Of a stretch of DNA of 64,000 nt, positions 17,987 to 26,991 are shown one piece after another. The stretch's first letter is position 1; the number at the start of each line of letters is the position of its first letter. Position numbers and translations under genes: made by a program. The notes below the pieces were generated by a model. The model worked only from the letters and a program-made list of their open reading frames with translations, had not been told where the DNA came from and did no database searches. This DNA is from a candidate division WOR-3 bacterium (GTDB lineage: Bacteria; Hydrothermota; Tepidihabitantia; Tepidihabitantales; Tepidihabitantaceae): positions 59,225 to 123,224 of the forward strand of contig CBFGIT010000008.1 in the NCBI GenBank assembly GCA_965648905.1. Direction: 5' to 3'.

Positions 17987-19249
17987 TTACCCCACCTTTC
18001 TCGGGTCGGTTATCATCCCGGTGATGGCCGAAGCGGCCACGGTCGCGGGCGAGGCAAGATAAATCTCTGCATCCTTGCAGCCCATCCGGCCCTTGAAGTT
18101 GCGGTTCGAGGTCGAAATGCACCTTTCGCCTGGAGCCAGACACCCCTGATGCGCACCAAGACACGGCCCGCACCCGGGCGGCAGGAGCACTGCGCCGGCG
18201 GCCACGAGAGTCTGGATGTCACCAGCGTCAAGTGATCGCTCCAGCTCGGCCCGCGACGCGGGCAGGACCAGGAGCCGCGTGCGCGGGTGAACCTTCTTGC
18301 CCCGAAGGACACGTGCGGCCAAAGCAAGGTCTGATGCCCGGCCATTCGTGCAGGTGCCGACTAAGCACTGCTGCACCTCGGTTCCGGCGAGTTCAGTCAC
18401 CGGCTTGTACTTGTCCACCTTGTGGGGCAGAGCCACAGCCGGCACAATGCTGTCCAGGTCGAACCTCAGTTCCTGCCGGTAATTCGCACCCTCGTCTGCC
18501 CACTCTGCGCTCCACGAACTTTCAGCCACACCAATGGACTGAAGATACCCCTTGGTCACTTCATCCACCGGGAACACAGCATTCTTCGCCCCCATCTCCA
18601 CGCCCATATTGGCAATCACGAACCGGTCGTCAACCGACAACGAGCCCAGGTCGCCCCAGTACTCGACCGAGCAGTAGTCTGCCCCGTCTGCGCCGACCTT
18701 GCCGACGATGGTCAGCACCAGGTCCTTGGCGGTCACCATGTCGCCCAATTTGCCCCGCAGCACAATCCTGATTGACTCCGGCACCTTGAACCAAGTCTCG
18801 CCGGTCATAAGCAAGGCCGCAGCCTCGGTCCGGTCAATCCCGGTGGCAAGAGCGTTCACCGCGCCGTACGAACACGTGTGCGAGTCTGACCCGACCGCCA
18901 GCATCCCAGGCAGTACCAGCCCCTTCTCAACCATCACTTGATGACACACTCCGGTTCCGACGTCAAAGAAGTGCTTGATCCCGTACCTCTGCACAAACTC
19001 GCGTATCTTCTTGTGGCTTGTTGCGGTCTTCTCATCTGATGCCGGTATCACATGGTCGAGCACGACTACCGGCTGATTCGGGTCGGCCACGCCGTACTCA
19101 GCAAGGTCCTTGCTGACCTTGTCGGTAATGGCCGCAGCATTGTCGTGCATCAGAAGCCGGTCCGGCTTACAGGTCACGAGCTCGCCAGCCCGGGCCTGCT
19201 TCCTGCCGCCCTTGCGGGCGAGCACTTTCTCGGCAAATGTCATCGGCAT
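17987..19249 (-). CDS. Aconitase-family (LeuC/HacA/DmdA-type) [4Fe-4S] hydratase large subunit
   Basis: LDH, GVCHQ, GSDSHTC, GTCTNGR, CGPCLG, STSNRNFKGRMG. Confidence 0.93.
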   Translation of the reverse strand: MPMTFAEKVLARKGGRKQARAGELVTCKPDRLLMHDNAAAITDKVSKDLAEYGVADPNQPVVVLDHVIPASDEKTATSHKKIREFVQRYGIKHFFDVGTGVCHQVMVEKGLVLPGMLAVGSDSHTCSYGAVNALATGIDRTEAAALLMTGETWFKVPESIRIVLRGKLGDMVTAKDLVLTIVGKVGADGADYCSVEYWGDLGSLSVDDRFVIANMGVEMGAKNAVFPVDEVTKGYLQSIGVAESSWSAEWADEGANYRQELRFDLDSIVPAVALPHKVDKYKPVTELAGTEVQQCLVGTCTNGRASDLALAARVLRGKKVHPRTRLLVLPASRAELERSLDAGDIQTLVAAGAVLLPPGCGPCLGAHQGCLAPGERCISTSNRNFKGRMGCKDAEIYLASPATVAASAITGMITDPRKVG

Positions 19250-19285
19250 GATTCCTCACTTGGTTCGATGGTACTCAACTGCCAG

Positions 19286-19313
19286 ATTATAGACAGCCCG
19301 GCCCGCACTGCAA
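19286..19313 (-). promoter_or_regulatory. sigma70-like promoter of the hydratase/lyase operon
   Basis: Minus strand TTGCAG-16bp-TATAAT. Confidence 0.5.
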
Positions 19314-19648
19314 GAACGCCAGTTGCCGTTCGCCTCTCGCCGCCCGCTCCTCGCTTTCCGCCACTTCACATCGTGCGTCCGCCGCCTGCCTCTCACATCC
19401 ACCTGCTCGCAGATTCGCGTCTTGTTCGCACTCTGGCTTCGGCGCTGCCCTGAGGCTCGCTACGAGTCGTGGCTTCAGGCCCGGATTCAAGCGCGGACTC
19501 GGACGCGCTCGCCAGCCCGCAACTACCCCTGCCTCGGCGTACGCTGACTAGTCTGCTGCCTCGCCTGACAGGCTTCGTGAACTCTCAGCCGCAGGTCTGG
19601 TCACGGGCGCGAACGGAAAGCATCCTGACCTTGTGCCTAACCTCTGGC

Positions 19649-20065
19649 TTGGTAGGGGGAGCGACTCCCGGAGTCACTCCCGTTACCAAAGACAAGAGCA
19701 GATACCGAATGTGGCTCGCAGCACTAAGTCCCGGGACTACGCGGCTTAGGCTCAGTGCCCCGCAGTCTGGAAGCTCGCCGGCATCATTCCTAGGCCCGAG
19801 GTTCTGATGCCGCAAGTTGTCGGCCGACAGCCCAGAGCCGTCAGCATTCACCCCAAAGCCTGGCCCGGCAACTCACCCCGCTGCCCACCGCTCTTCGGTC
19901 GCAGTCGAACAGCGGCGGCGTGGTTCGCACCCCATCCAAACCACGTCGGGCACATTCGGTTCTGCCAAGCCACAGCGGACGATCGGGAATGCTGACGTAA
20001 CCCAAGACTCAAGACGCACCGGACTGCTCTGACAAGGGCAGGGGCGGCTGGACTGCCGCCCCTGC
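19649..20065. ncRNA. Candidate large structured RNA, unassigned
   Basis: At least eight complementary stems of 6-15 bp including two crossing long-range helices; no credible ORF. Confidence 0.35.
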
Positions 20066-20094
20066 GTGGCCCCCGGCCTGTCTTGTTTGGCGCA

Positions 20095-20397
20095 CTAGCG
20101 CCGGCTAGGCTCTTGCTGCCGGCTTCGCCTCGCGTGAGGTCTGGGCTGCGGCAGTCTGACCTCAGGGTCGGAAACACTGCTCTGAGTGAGCGACTTTGCC
20201 GCCTCAATCCGCTCGTAGAACAGCTCAGCACCATGTTCACCATGGGCTCCGACCTGCGAGAGCTTCTCTCTGTTGACAACAATCGCATACCCTGCACCAG
20301 CAATCATGGCCACTCCGACCAGCAACTGAATCAGTCTCATCAATCGTGTCACGGCAACCTCCGGGTTGTTGTTTGTACTTTCGTGCCTTTCAGTCAT
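20095..20397 (-). CDS. Small protein with one N-terminal transmembrane helix, hypothetical
   Basis: Hydrophobic LIQLLVGVAMIAGAGYAIVV; preceded by a sigma54-like promoter. Confidence 0.5.
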   Translation of the reverse strand: MTERHESTNNNPEVAVTRLMRLIQLLVGVAMIAGAGYAIVVNREKLSQVGAHGEHGAELFYERIEAAKSLTQSSVSDPEVRLPQPRPHARRSRQQEPSRR

Positions 20398-20408
20398 GCC
20401 CTCTTGGT

Positions 20409-20425
20409 TGCAGTTGTCGTTCCAA
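20409..20425 (-). promoter_or_regulatory. sigma54 (-24/-12)-like promoter
   Basis: TTGGAACGACAACTGCA (GG-N10-GC), two mismatches to YTGGCACGRNNNTTGCW. Confidence 0.45.
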
Positions 20426-20759
20426 TCTGGCCCAAGTACTAAGTGACGCAGAATTGGAACTTAGCAGCACACGGAAATCGCCGGCACGGACGAGATGTTG
20501 TCGATTGACGACATCTTCTCCGATCAGTCAACTGTGCTTATCCGATAATGCTTTGATTCTCATAGCTTTAGGCAATCTAATGATTGTGTCGCCAGGTTAC
20601 AACGTTTGTCGTCGCCGGGATACGGTTTGTGATGCGCTTGCTTCGAACGACCAAAGCCCGGTCCGCCAGCAGGGTCTGGACCCGTTTGTGTCTGGTGAGG
20701 GAGCTTCGGGCGGCTACTGCACGGTCTTTACAAATCCAGCGCGTTCACTAGAATAGGCA

Positions 20760-21284
20760 ATGCCAAGAAGAGCTGCGTCGCTGGTTGCGGTCGCGATGGG
20801 CAGCGACTCGGACCTGCCGGTCATGAACGAGTGCCTCAGGATTCTGGAACGATTCTCTGTCCCATATGAATGCGCGGTCGTCTCCGCACACCGCACCCCG
20901 GACCGGTGTCGCCAGTTTGTCCGCTCCGCAGTTGCTCGGGGCGCCAAGGTGATTATCGCCGGAGCAGGACGAGCAGCTCATCTGCCCGGAGTGATCGCGT
21001 CGTACACGACTGTGCCGGTTGTGGGAGTGCCGCTCGACGCCGGAATGTCGGGCCTGGATGCGCTACTCTCGATCGCGCAGATGCCCGCCGGAGTGCCGGT
21101 GGCCTGCATGGCAGTCGGCAAGTCGGGTGCGACCAATGCAGCCCTCCTGGCAGTTGAGATTCTGGCGACTTCTGACCGCGACCTGGCAAGAGAGCTGAAG
21201 CAACACCGCAGAAGCATGGCAGCCGAGGTAGTCAGGAAGTCGCGCCTGGTTGCTGCAAAATCCGGCCCGGTCGACAAGCCATGA
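20760..21284 (+). CDS. purE: N5-CAIR mutase
   Basis: MGSDSD, SAHRTP, AGAGRAAHLPG, QMPAGVPVA. Confidence 0.97.
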   Translation: MPRRAASLVAVAMGSDSDLPVMNECLRILERFSVPYECAVVSAHRTPDRCRQFVRSAVARGAKVIIAGAGRAAHLPGVIASYTTVPVVGVPLDAGMSGLDALLSIAQMPAGVPVACMAVGKSGATNAALLAVEILATSDRDLARELKQHRRSMAAEVVRKSRLVAAKSGPVDKP

Positions 21285-22171
21285 CCCGGCCTGTCAGCTC
21301 CGTTGAGTTGCCCGGACTGACGCGTGTAGCCCAAGGCAAGGTCAGAGACATCTTCCAAGTCGGTGCCGACCTGCTGGTGGTGTGCTCTGACCGTTTGTCG
21401 GCGTTCGACGTTGTTCTGCCTGATCCGATTCCGGACAAAGGCAAGGTGCTGAATCTGCTGTCGGCGTTCTGGTTCGACCAATTCCGGGACGTGATACCGA
21501 ATCATGTCATTTCGACTGATTCCGGGCAGTTCCCGGCTGAGCTTGCGCCGTATCGGGACGTGCTGGACGGTCGGGCGATGCTTGTCAAGCGGGCCCGGCC
21601 CCTGCCGGTCGAATGTGTTGTGCGTGGGTATCTTGCCGGCAGCGCGTGGGTCGAGTATCGGGACAAGGGCTCGGTGTGCGGTATCGAGCTGCCTCGGGGA
21701 CTGGAGCAGTCTCAGCAGTTGCCCAGCCCGATTTTCACGCCTTCGACCAAGGCCCAGTCCGGCCACGACGTGAATATCACCGAGCAGGAGATGGGCGACC
21801 TTGTCGGCTACGCTGAAAAGCAGTGGGTGAAGAGTGTTTCGCTTGAGCTCTACCGTCGAGGTGCCGAGTATGCACGGGAGCGGGGCATTATCATTGCCGA
21901 CACGAAGTTCGAGTTCGGCCTGTACCGTGGTGAGATGATGCTCATCGACGAGGTTCTGACTCCGGATTCGTCCCGGTTCTGGGATGTGGAGAACTACCGG
22001 GTTGGGTCTTCCCCGCCCAGTTTTGACAAGCAGTTCGTGCGCGACTATCTTCAGGCGCTCGGGTGGACTAAGACCCCGCCCGGGCCGCGCCTGCCCGGCG
22101 AGGTGATTGCCGGTACGTCGGCCCGGTACCGCGAGGCGTACCGCCGCATCACGGGCAGCGACCTGAAGTAG
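21281..22171 (+). CDS. purC: SAICAR synthetase
   Basis: GKVRD, DRLSAFD, ECVVRGY, ADTKFEFG, DEVLTPDSSRFW. Confidence 0.97.
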   Translation: MTRPVSSVELPGLTRVAQGKVRDIFQVGADLLVVCSDRLSAFDVVLPDPIPDKGKVLNLLSAFWFDQFRDVIPNHVISTDSGQFPAELAPYRDVLDGRAMLVKRARPLPVECVVRGYLAGSAWVEYRDKGSVCGIELPRGLEQSQQLPSPIFTPSTKAQSGHDVNITEQEMGDLVGYAEKQWVKSVSLELYRRGAEYARERGIIIADTKFEFGLYRGEMMLIDEVLTPDSSRFWDVENYRVGSSPPSFDKQFVRDYLQALGWTKTPPGPRLPGEVIAGTSARYREAYRRITGSDLK

Positions 22172-23200
22172 ATGCGGGTCGCGGACTTCGACTACGACCT
22201 GCCGGTCGAGCTCGTCGCTCAGGAGCCGCCTGCTCGGCGTGATGATTCGCGTCTGCTTGTGCTGGAGCGCAGAACCGGCTGCTGGCACGACGAGCACTTT
22301 CGGGACATCGGCCGGTGGCTCAAGTCGGGTGACGTCCTGGTGCTGAACGACACGCGAGTCATTCCGGCCCGGGTGTTCGGCCGTCTGCCGACCGGGGCCA
22401 GTGTCGAACTGCTGCTGCTGCGCCTGACTTCGCCCGGAGTCTGGGAAACTCTGGCACGACCGGCGCGCAAGGCCAGACCAGGAGTGAAGCTGATCGTGGG
22501 CAGGTTCTGCGTCGAGGTGCTGGAGCGAAGGCCGGATGGAATCAGACTGGTGCGGGTCGAACCTGACGAGGTCAGCGAACTCCTGGCCGAGCAGGGTGAG
22601 GTAGCTTTGCCGCCGTACATCCGGAAGAAGTGCGCAGAGCCGGAGCGCTACCAGACCGTCTTTGCGCGGGCCGCGGGCGCTGTTGCCGCACCGACCGCCG
22701 GGCTGCACTTCACGCCTGAGCTCCTTGAGAGCCTGAAGCACCAGGGCGTTCAGACTGAATTTGTGACGCTGCACGCCGGGCTCGGAACGTTTCGACCGGT
22801 GAAGACAGAGACGGTGGAAGAGCACGTCATGCATCCGGAGGAATTTGAGTTGACCGAGGAGGCAGCCGACCGGGTCAACCGCGCTCTGGCTCAAGGCCGG
22901 CGGATTGTCTGCGGCGGAACGACCACGGTGCGGGTGCTTGAGACCCAGGCGGTGTTTGATAATTCGTCCTCGGCCTGGCAGGTGGTTCCGGGCCGGGGCG
23001 AGACGCGGCTGTACATTTGCCCGGGGTATGAGTGGAAGGTCTGCGGTGCGATGCTGACCAATTTCCATCTGCCCCGGTCGACCCTGCTGATGCTGGTGGC
23101 GGCATTCGCCGGCCGCGAGCTGGTCCTGGCTGCGTACCGGCATGCGATCGACCGGAAGTACCGGTTCTACAGCTTCGGCGATGCGATGCTGATTGTGTAG
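22172..23200 (+). CDS. queA: S-adenosylmethionine:tRNA ribosyltransferase-isomerase
   Basis: DFDYDLP, LPPYI, AAPTAGLHF, TNFHLPRST, YRFYSFGDAM. Confidence 0.97.
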   Translation: MRVADFDYDLPVELVAQEPPARRDDSRLLVLERRTGCWHDEHFRDIGRWLKSGDVLVLNDTRVIPARVFGRLPTGASVELLLLRLTSPGVWETLARPARKARPGVKLIVGRFCVEVLERRPDGIRLVRVEPDEVSELLAEQGEVALPPYIRKKCAEPERYQTVFARAAGAVAAPTAGLHFTPELLESLKHQGVQTEFVTLHAGLGTFRPVKTETVEEHVMHPEEFELTEEAADRVNRALAQGRRIVCGGTTTVRVLETQAVFDNSSSAWQVVPGRGETRLYICPGYEWKVCGAMLTNFHLPRSTLLMLVAAFAGRELVLAAYRHAIDRKYRFYSFGDAMLIV

Positions 23201-23239
23201 GGCTGACCACGATACTGATTGAACAATGGAGAACGACAC

Positions 23240-25030
23240 GTGAATAGAAGAAAACCATGGCCCGGACCGAGAGCGGGCAACACGGCACGGCACGGAAGCC
23301 ACGGGCAGAATCCTCGCCGTAGCGCGCGGCCGGGTGAGCCGGACGGCAACCGGTTTGAGCCGGGAACGCGCCTCGACTGGCGCGGCGTGCCGATTCGTTC
23401 GGAACGCCGGTGGAAAAGTGGAGAGAACTATCGAAACCCCAAAGCGGGCAGTGGCTACGGGCCCCGGAAGTTCGGTTCTTCATCTCATTTCGGACGGTCA
23501 TCATCCTCGACCCCGGTTGACGGTAACCGGCCCGGGCCGAACCGCCAGAGGGACCGACGGGCAGGCCGACGTCACGAGACAAGACGGAGAGCGCGACCGC
23601 ACACCGAAGCGCGAACGCCGGCACACCGTACCCCTGAGCCATTCTCGGTGGTCGAACTTCTGCGCGTGACCGGCGGGCGTCAGGTCGGCAACGGACCTCA
23701 GTTCTTCAGCAGCGTTTCAATCGACACCCGGACTCTGAAGCCAGGTGATGTCTATTTCGCCCTGCACGGCAAGCGGCTCAACGGACACCAGTTTGTCGGT
23801 GACGCGCTCAGGCTCGGAGCGGCCGCGGTCGTGGTTGACCAGGCCGATGCCGCACCGGACGACTCGCTCGCGATTGTCGTTGACAACACGACTCTGGCTC
23901 TGGGTCGGTTTGCCGCGGCTTACCGGGCGAAGTTCGACATACCGGTCTTTGCAGTCACGGGCAGCAACGGCAAGACCACGACCAAAGAGATGCTGGCCGC
24001 AGTTCTCTCGCACCGGCTGCGGACGGTCTATGCTCCGGACAGCTTCAACAACGATATCGGCGTGCCGCTGACCGTGCTGAAGCTGAACCACGAGACCCAG
24101 GCCGCGGTCTTTGAACTGGAGATGAACGAACTCGGCGGCACCGCCCGGCTGGCCCGTATCTGCCAGCCAAAGTATGGCATCATCACGAACATCGGCGACA
24201 CTCACCTCGAAGCGATGAAGGGCCGACCCGGGGTCGCGCAGGAGAAAGGCGAACTGCTACAATGTCTACCCAGGCAGGGCGTGGCGATACTCAACGCCGA
24301 CGACCCGGCGGTCATGGACCTGGCTCATAAGCACTGGGCCGGCCGGACACTGACATTCGGCCTGGAGCAGCCGGCTGACCTGTGGGCAACCGACATCCGG
24401 ACCAATGACCTCACCGGTGTGCGATTCAAGATTCAGGGGAGGCATCCGGTCTCACTGCGGGTACCGGGAGTCCACAACGTGATGAACGCGCTGGCTGCCT
24501 GTGCTGCTTTGGTGGCCAGCGGCACGAGTGTCGAGAAGGCTCTGGCCGGACTGGATCGGTTCCGCCCCCTGCCCATGCGACTGACTGTTCGCCGCCTGTC
24601 TCAGGTAACGCTGATTGACGACAGCTACAATGCCAATCCGCAGTCAATGCGAGCCGCACTTGCGGTTCTCGCGGGCAGCGCGTCAGCCGGACACCGGGTG
24701 GCGTTCCTCGGCGACATGCTGGAACTGGGCGAAGCCGCACCTCAACTGCACGAGGAGCTGGGCCGCGAGCTGGCCGGAGCGGTGGACCGAGGCGTGCTCG
24801 TTGGCGCAATGGCCGAGCATGTGCTCGTCGGCGCGGTCGAGGCCGGGATGAACCGGGATGCCTTCGTTCTCGCCGAGGCCAGCGACCGGTTGCCGGACGC
24901 GGTGTTTGACATGGTCAGACCCGGGGATACAATCCTCGTCAAAGGCTCACGCGCCACAGCCATGGAACTGGTGAGCCAGGAGATTAGCAGACGATATGCA
25001 GAAAACAACGTCCAGTCCGTCGGAAGTTGA
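23240..25030 (+). CDS. murF: UDP-MurNAc-tripeptide--D-Ala-D-Ala ligase with long basic N-terminal extension
   Basis: IDTRT, VTGSNGKTTTKE, FNNDIGVP, DDSYNANPQS, LGDMLELG, VKGSR; likely GTG start at 23240. Confidence 0.93.
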   Translation: MNRRKPWPGPRAGNTARHGSHGQNPRRSARPGEPDGNRFEPGTRLDWRGVPIRSERRWKSGENYRNPKAGSGYGPRKFGSSSHFGRSSSSTPVDGNRPGPNRQRDRRAGRRHETRRRARPHTEARTPAHRTPEPFSVVELLRVTGGRQVGNGPQFFSSVSIDTRTLKPGDVYFALHGKRLNGHQFVGDALRLGAAAVVVDQADAAPDDSLAIVVDNTTLALGRFAAAYRAKFDIPVFAVTGSNGKTTTKEMLAAVLSHRLRTVYAPDSFNNDIGVPLTVLKLNHETQAAVFELEMNELGGTARLARICQPKYGIITNIGDTHLEAMKGRPGVAQEKGELLQCLPRQGVAILNADDPAVMDLAHKHWAGRTLTFGLEQPADLWATDIRTNDLTGVRFKIQGRHPVSLRVPGVHNVMNALAACAALVASGTSVEKALAGLDRFRPLPMRLTVRRLSQVTLIDDSYNANPQSMRAALAVLAGSASAGHRVAFLGDMLELGEAAPQLHEELGRELAGAVDRGVLVGAMAEHVLVGAVEAGMNRDAFVLAEASDRLPDAVFDMVRPGDTILVKGSRATAMELVSQEISRRYAENNVQSVGS

Positions 25031-26969
25031 TTCGGTGCCGGCCCGGCCCATCGGCATCACCGACACGACCCTGCGCGATGCCCACCAGTCGCTCTGGGCC
25101 ACGCGGATGCGTCTGTCCGACATGTTGCCGGTCCTGGAGCAGATTGACCGGGTCGGTTACTATTCCCTCGAGATGTGGGGCGGGGCGACGTTTGACGTAT
25201 GTCTGCGCTACCTGAACGAGGACCCCTGGGAGCGACTGAGCGAAATCCGGCGCCGGGTCAAGAAGACCAAGCTCCAGATGCTGCTGCGCGGCCAGAACGT
25301 AGTCGGCTACCGCAACTACCCGGACGACGTGCTCGAGGAGTTCGTCGCCCGGTCGGCCGACCGCGGCCTGGACATCTACCGCGTGTTCGATGCTCTGAAC
25401 GATGCCCGCAACCTCGAGCGGGCGATCGAGTACGTCAAGAAGCACGGCAAGCATGCCCAGGGCACGCTCTGTTATGCCATCAGCCCGGTCCACACCATCG
25501 AGTATTTCCTGGCCCGGGCCCGCGAGCAGAAAGAGATGGGCATCGATTCAATCTGCATCAAGGACATGGCCGGCATCATTGCGCCGTCCATGGCGTATGA
25601 GCTGGTGCGGGCACTGAAAGAGGAAATCAGATTGCCGGTCCAGCTCCACTGCCACGCCTCAAGCGGCATGGCGGTGGCGAGCTATGTCAAGGCGGCAGAG
25701 GCCGGCGTTGACGTCATCGACACTGCGACCGCACCGCTTGCCTTCATGACCTCGCAGCCGGCGGCCGAGACGATGGTCGCCTGCTTTGCCGGCACGAAAT
25801 GGGACCCCAAGCTCGACCTGGCGGCGATGGAACAGGTTGAGCTCCACTTTGAGAAGAACGCGGCCGAGCGGTGTGTCGGCACGAACAAGGTGGTTGACTC
25901 GATGGTCATCATCCACCAGATACCAGGAGGCATGGCTTCGAACCTCCTCTCCCAGCTCCGGGAACAGAAGGCCGAGGACCGGCTGAACGAAGTACTCGAA
26001 GAAGTGCCGCGCGTGCGTGAGGACCTGGGCTACCCGCCGCTGGTGACTCCGACCAGTCAGATCGTCGGGGTTCAGGCGGTGATGAATGTGCTCAGCGGTG
26101 ACCGGTACAAGCTCGTCCCCAAGGAAGTCAAGGACTACGTGAAAGGACTCTACGGTCGGCCGCCCGCGCCCATCAGGGAGGCGGTGCTGGCCAAGATTCT
26201 GGGCAGCGAGAAGCCGATCAAGGTCCGGCCCGCTGACCTGCTCGAGCCGGCCATGCCCAGGGTGCGTCGGGAACTCGGTCGCGACCTGGTCGACAAAGAA
26301 GAGGATTACATCTCGTACGCCATCTTCCCCGAGGTGTCGCTCAAATTCTTTAACTGGCGCAAGAACCCGACCCAGAGCCCTGAGCCCAAGCCGGTCCAGG
26401 CAAGCACGGCACCGGCCCAGGCCAAGCCAGCGCCGGTTGTCCATCCTGATGACCCGGTTGTCCGGCGCGTGCGCGGCATGATGGAGCTTGTCACCCAGCA
26501 CGGCGTGACCGAGTTCGAGTGGCAGCACGATGAAGAGAAGGTGCGCATCAGACGCGGCAGTGTGTCCGAACCAGCGCCAGTGTCGGTCGCGCCCCCTGTG
26601 GTAACGCCGGCTTCTCCGGCACCCCAGACAGTACCTTCATCAGCACCGGTCCAGACGGCGCCGACTCAGGCCCGGGAAGCCGGCACCGAGCCGACTCCAC
26701 CGCGGGAGCCGACCCGGCCCGCGGCCAACACCGAAGAAGTGACATCGCCGATGGTCGGGACTTTCTACCTCAGGGCCCGACCCGAGTCACCGCCGTTCAT
26801 CGAGAAGGGCGACGTGGTCGATGCCGGCTCAACCCTGTGTATCGTCGAGGCAATGAAGCTGATGAACGAGATCCAGGCCGAGAAGAAGTGCCGGATCGTG
26901 GACATCGTGGTTGATGACGGCGAGTCGGTCGAGTACGGCCAGCCGCTCGTCATCATCGAACCGCTCTAG
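24996..26969 (+). CDS. Pyruvate carboxylase subunit B/oxaloacetate decarboxylase alpha carboxyltransferase fused to AccB-type biotin carrier
   Basis: RDAHQSL, WGGATFD, KDMAG, GYPPLVTPTSQ; C-terminal SPMVGTFY...EAMKLMNEI. Confidence 0.93.
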   Translation: MQKTTSSPSEVDSVPARPIGITDTTLRDAHQSLWATRMRLSDMLPVLEQIDRVGYYSLEMWGGATFDVCLRYLNEDPWERLSEIRRRVKKTKLQMLLRGQNVVGYRNYPDDVLEEFVARSADRGLDIYRVFDALNDARNLERAIEYVKKHGKHAQGTLCYAISPVHTIEYFLARAREQKEMGIDSICIKDMAGIIAPSMAYELVRALKEEIRLPVQLHCHASSGMAVASYVKAAEAGVDVIDTATAPLAFMTSQPAAETMVACFAGTKWDPKLDLAAMEQVELHFEKNAAERCVGTNKVVDSMVIIHQIPGGMASNLLSQLREQKAEDRLNEVLEEVPRVREDLGYPPLVTPTSQIVGVQAVMNVLSGDRYKLVPKEVKDYVKGLYGRPPAPIREAVLAKILGSEKPIKVRPADLLEPAMPRVRRELGRDLVDKEEDYISYAIFPEVSLKFFNWRKNPTQSPEPKPVQASTAPAQAKPAPVVHPDDPVVRRVRGMMELVTQHGVTEFEWQHDEEKVRIRRGSVSEPAPVSVAPPVVTPASPAPQTVPSSAPVQTAPTQAREAGTEPTPPREPTRPAANTEEVTSPMVGTFYLRARPESPPFIEKGDVVDAGSTLCIVEAMKLMNEIQAEKKCRIVDIVVDDGESVEYGQPLVIIEPL

Positions 26970-26991
26970 CCGGCCCGGGCACCCGGAATCG

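Noticed and set aside
19838..19857. c-di-AMP (ydaO) riboswitch-like words TTGGGGTGAAT and CCGTCAGC
   Set aside because: The two words lie on opposite strands and the other consensus elements are missing
19560..20030. Group II or group I intron (minus-strand GTGCG near 20019; GACTG/TAGTC stem)
   Set aside because: No domain V or P/Q/R/S consensus, no RT or homing ORF, and no interrupted gene
20978..23302. 774-aa minus-strand ORF, and similar long antisense ORFs (e.g. 4333-5706, 30128-31672, 38012-39661)
   Set aside because: Shadow frames opposite well-supported genes in GC-rich DNA; no recognisable motifs
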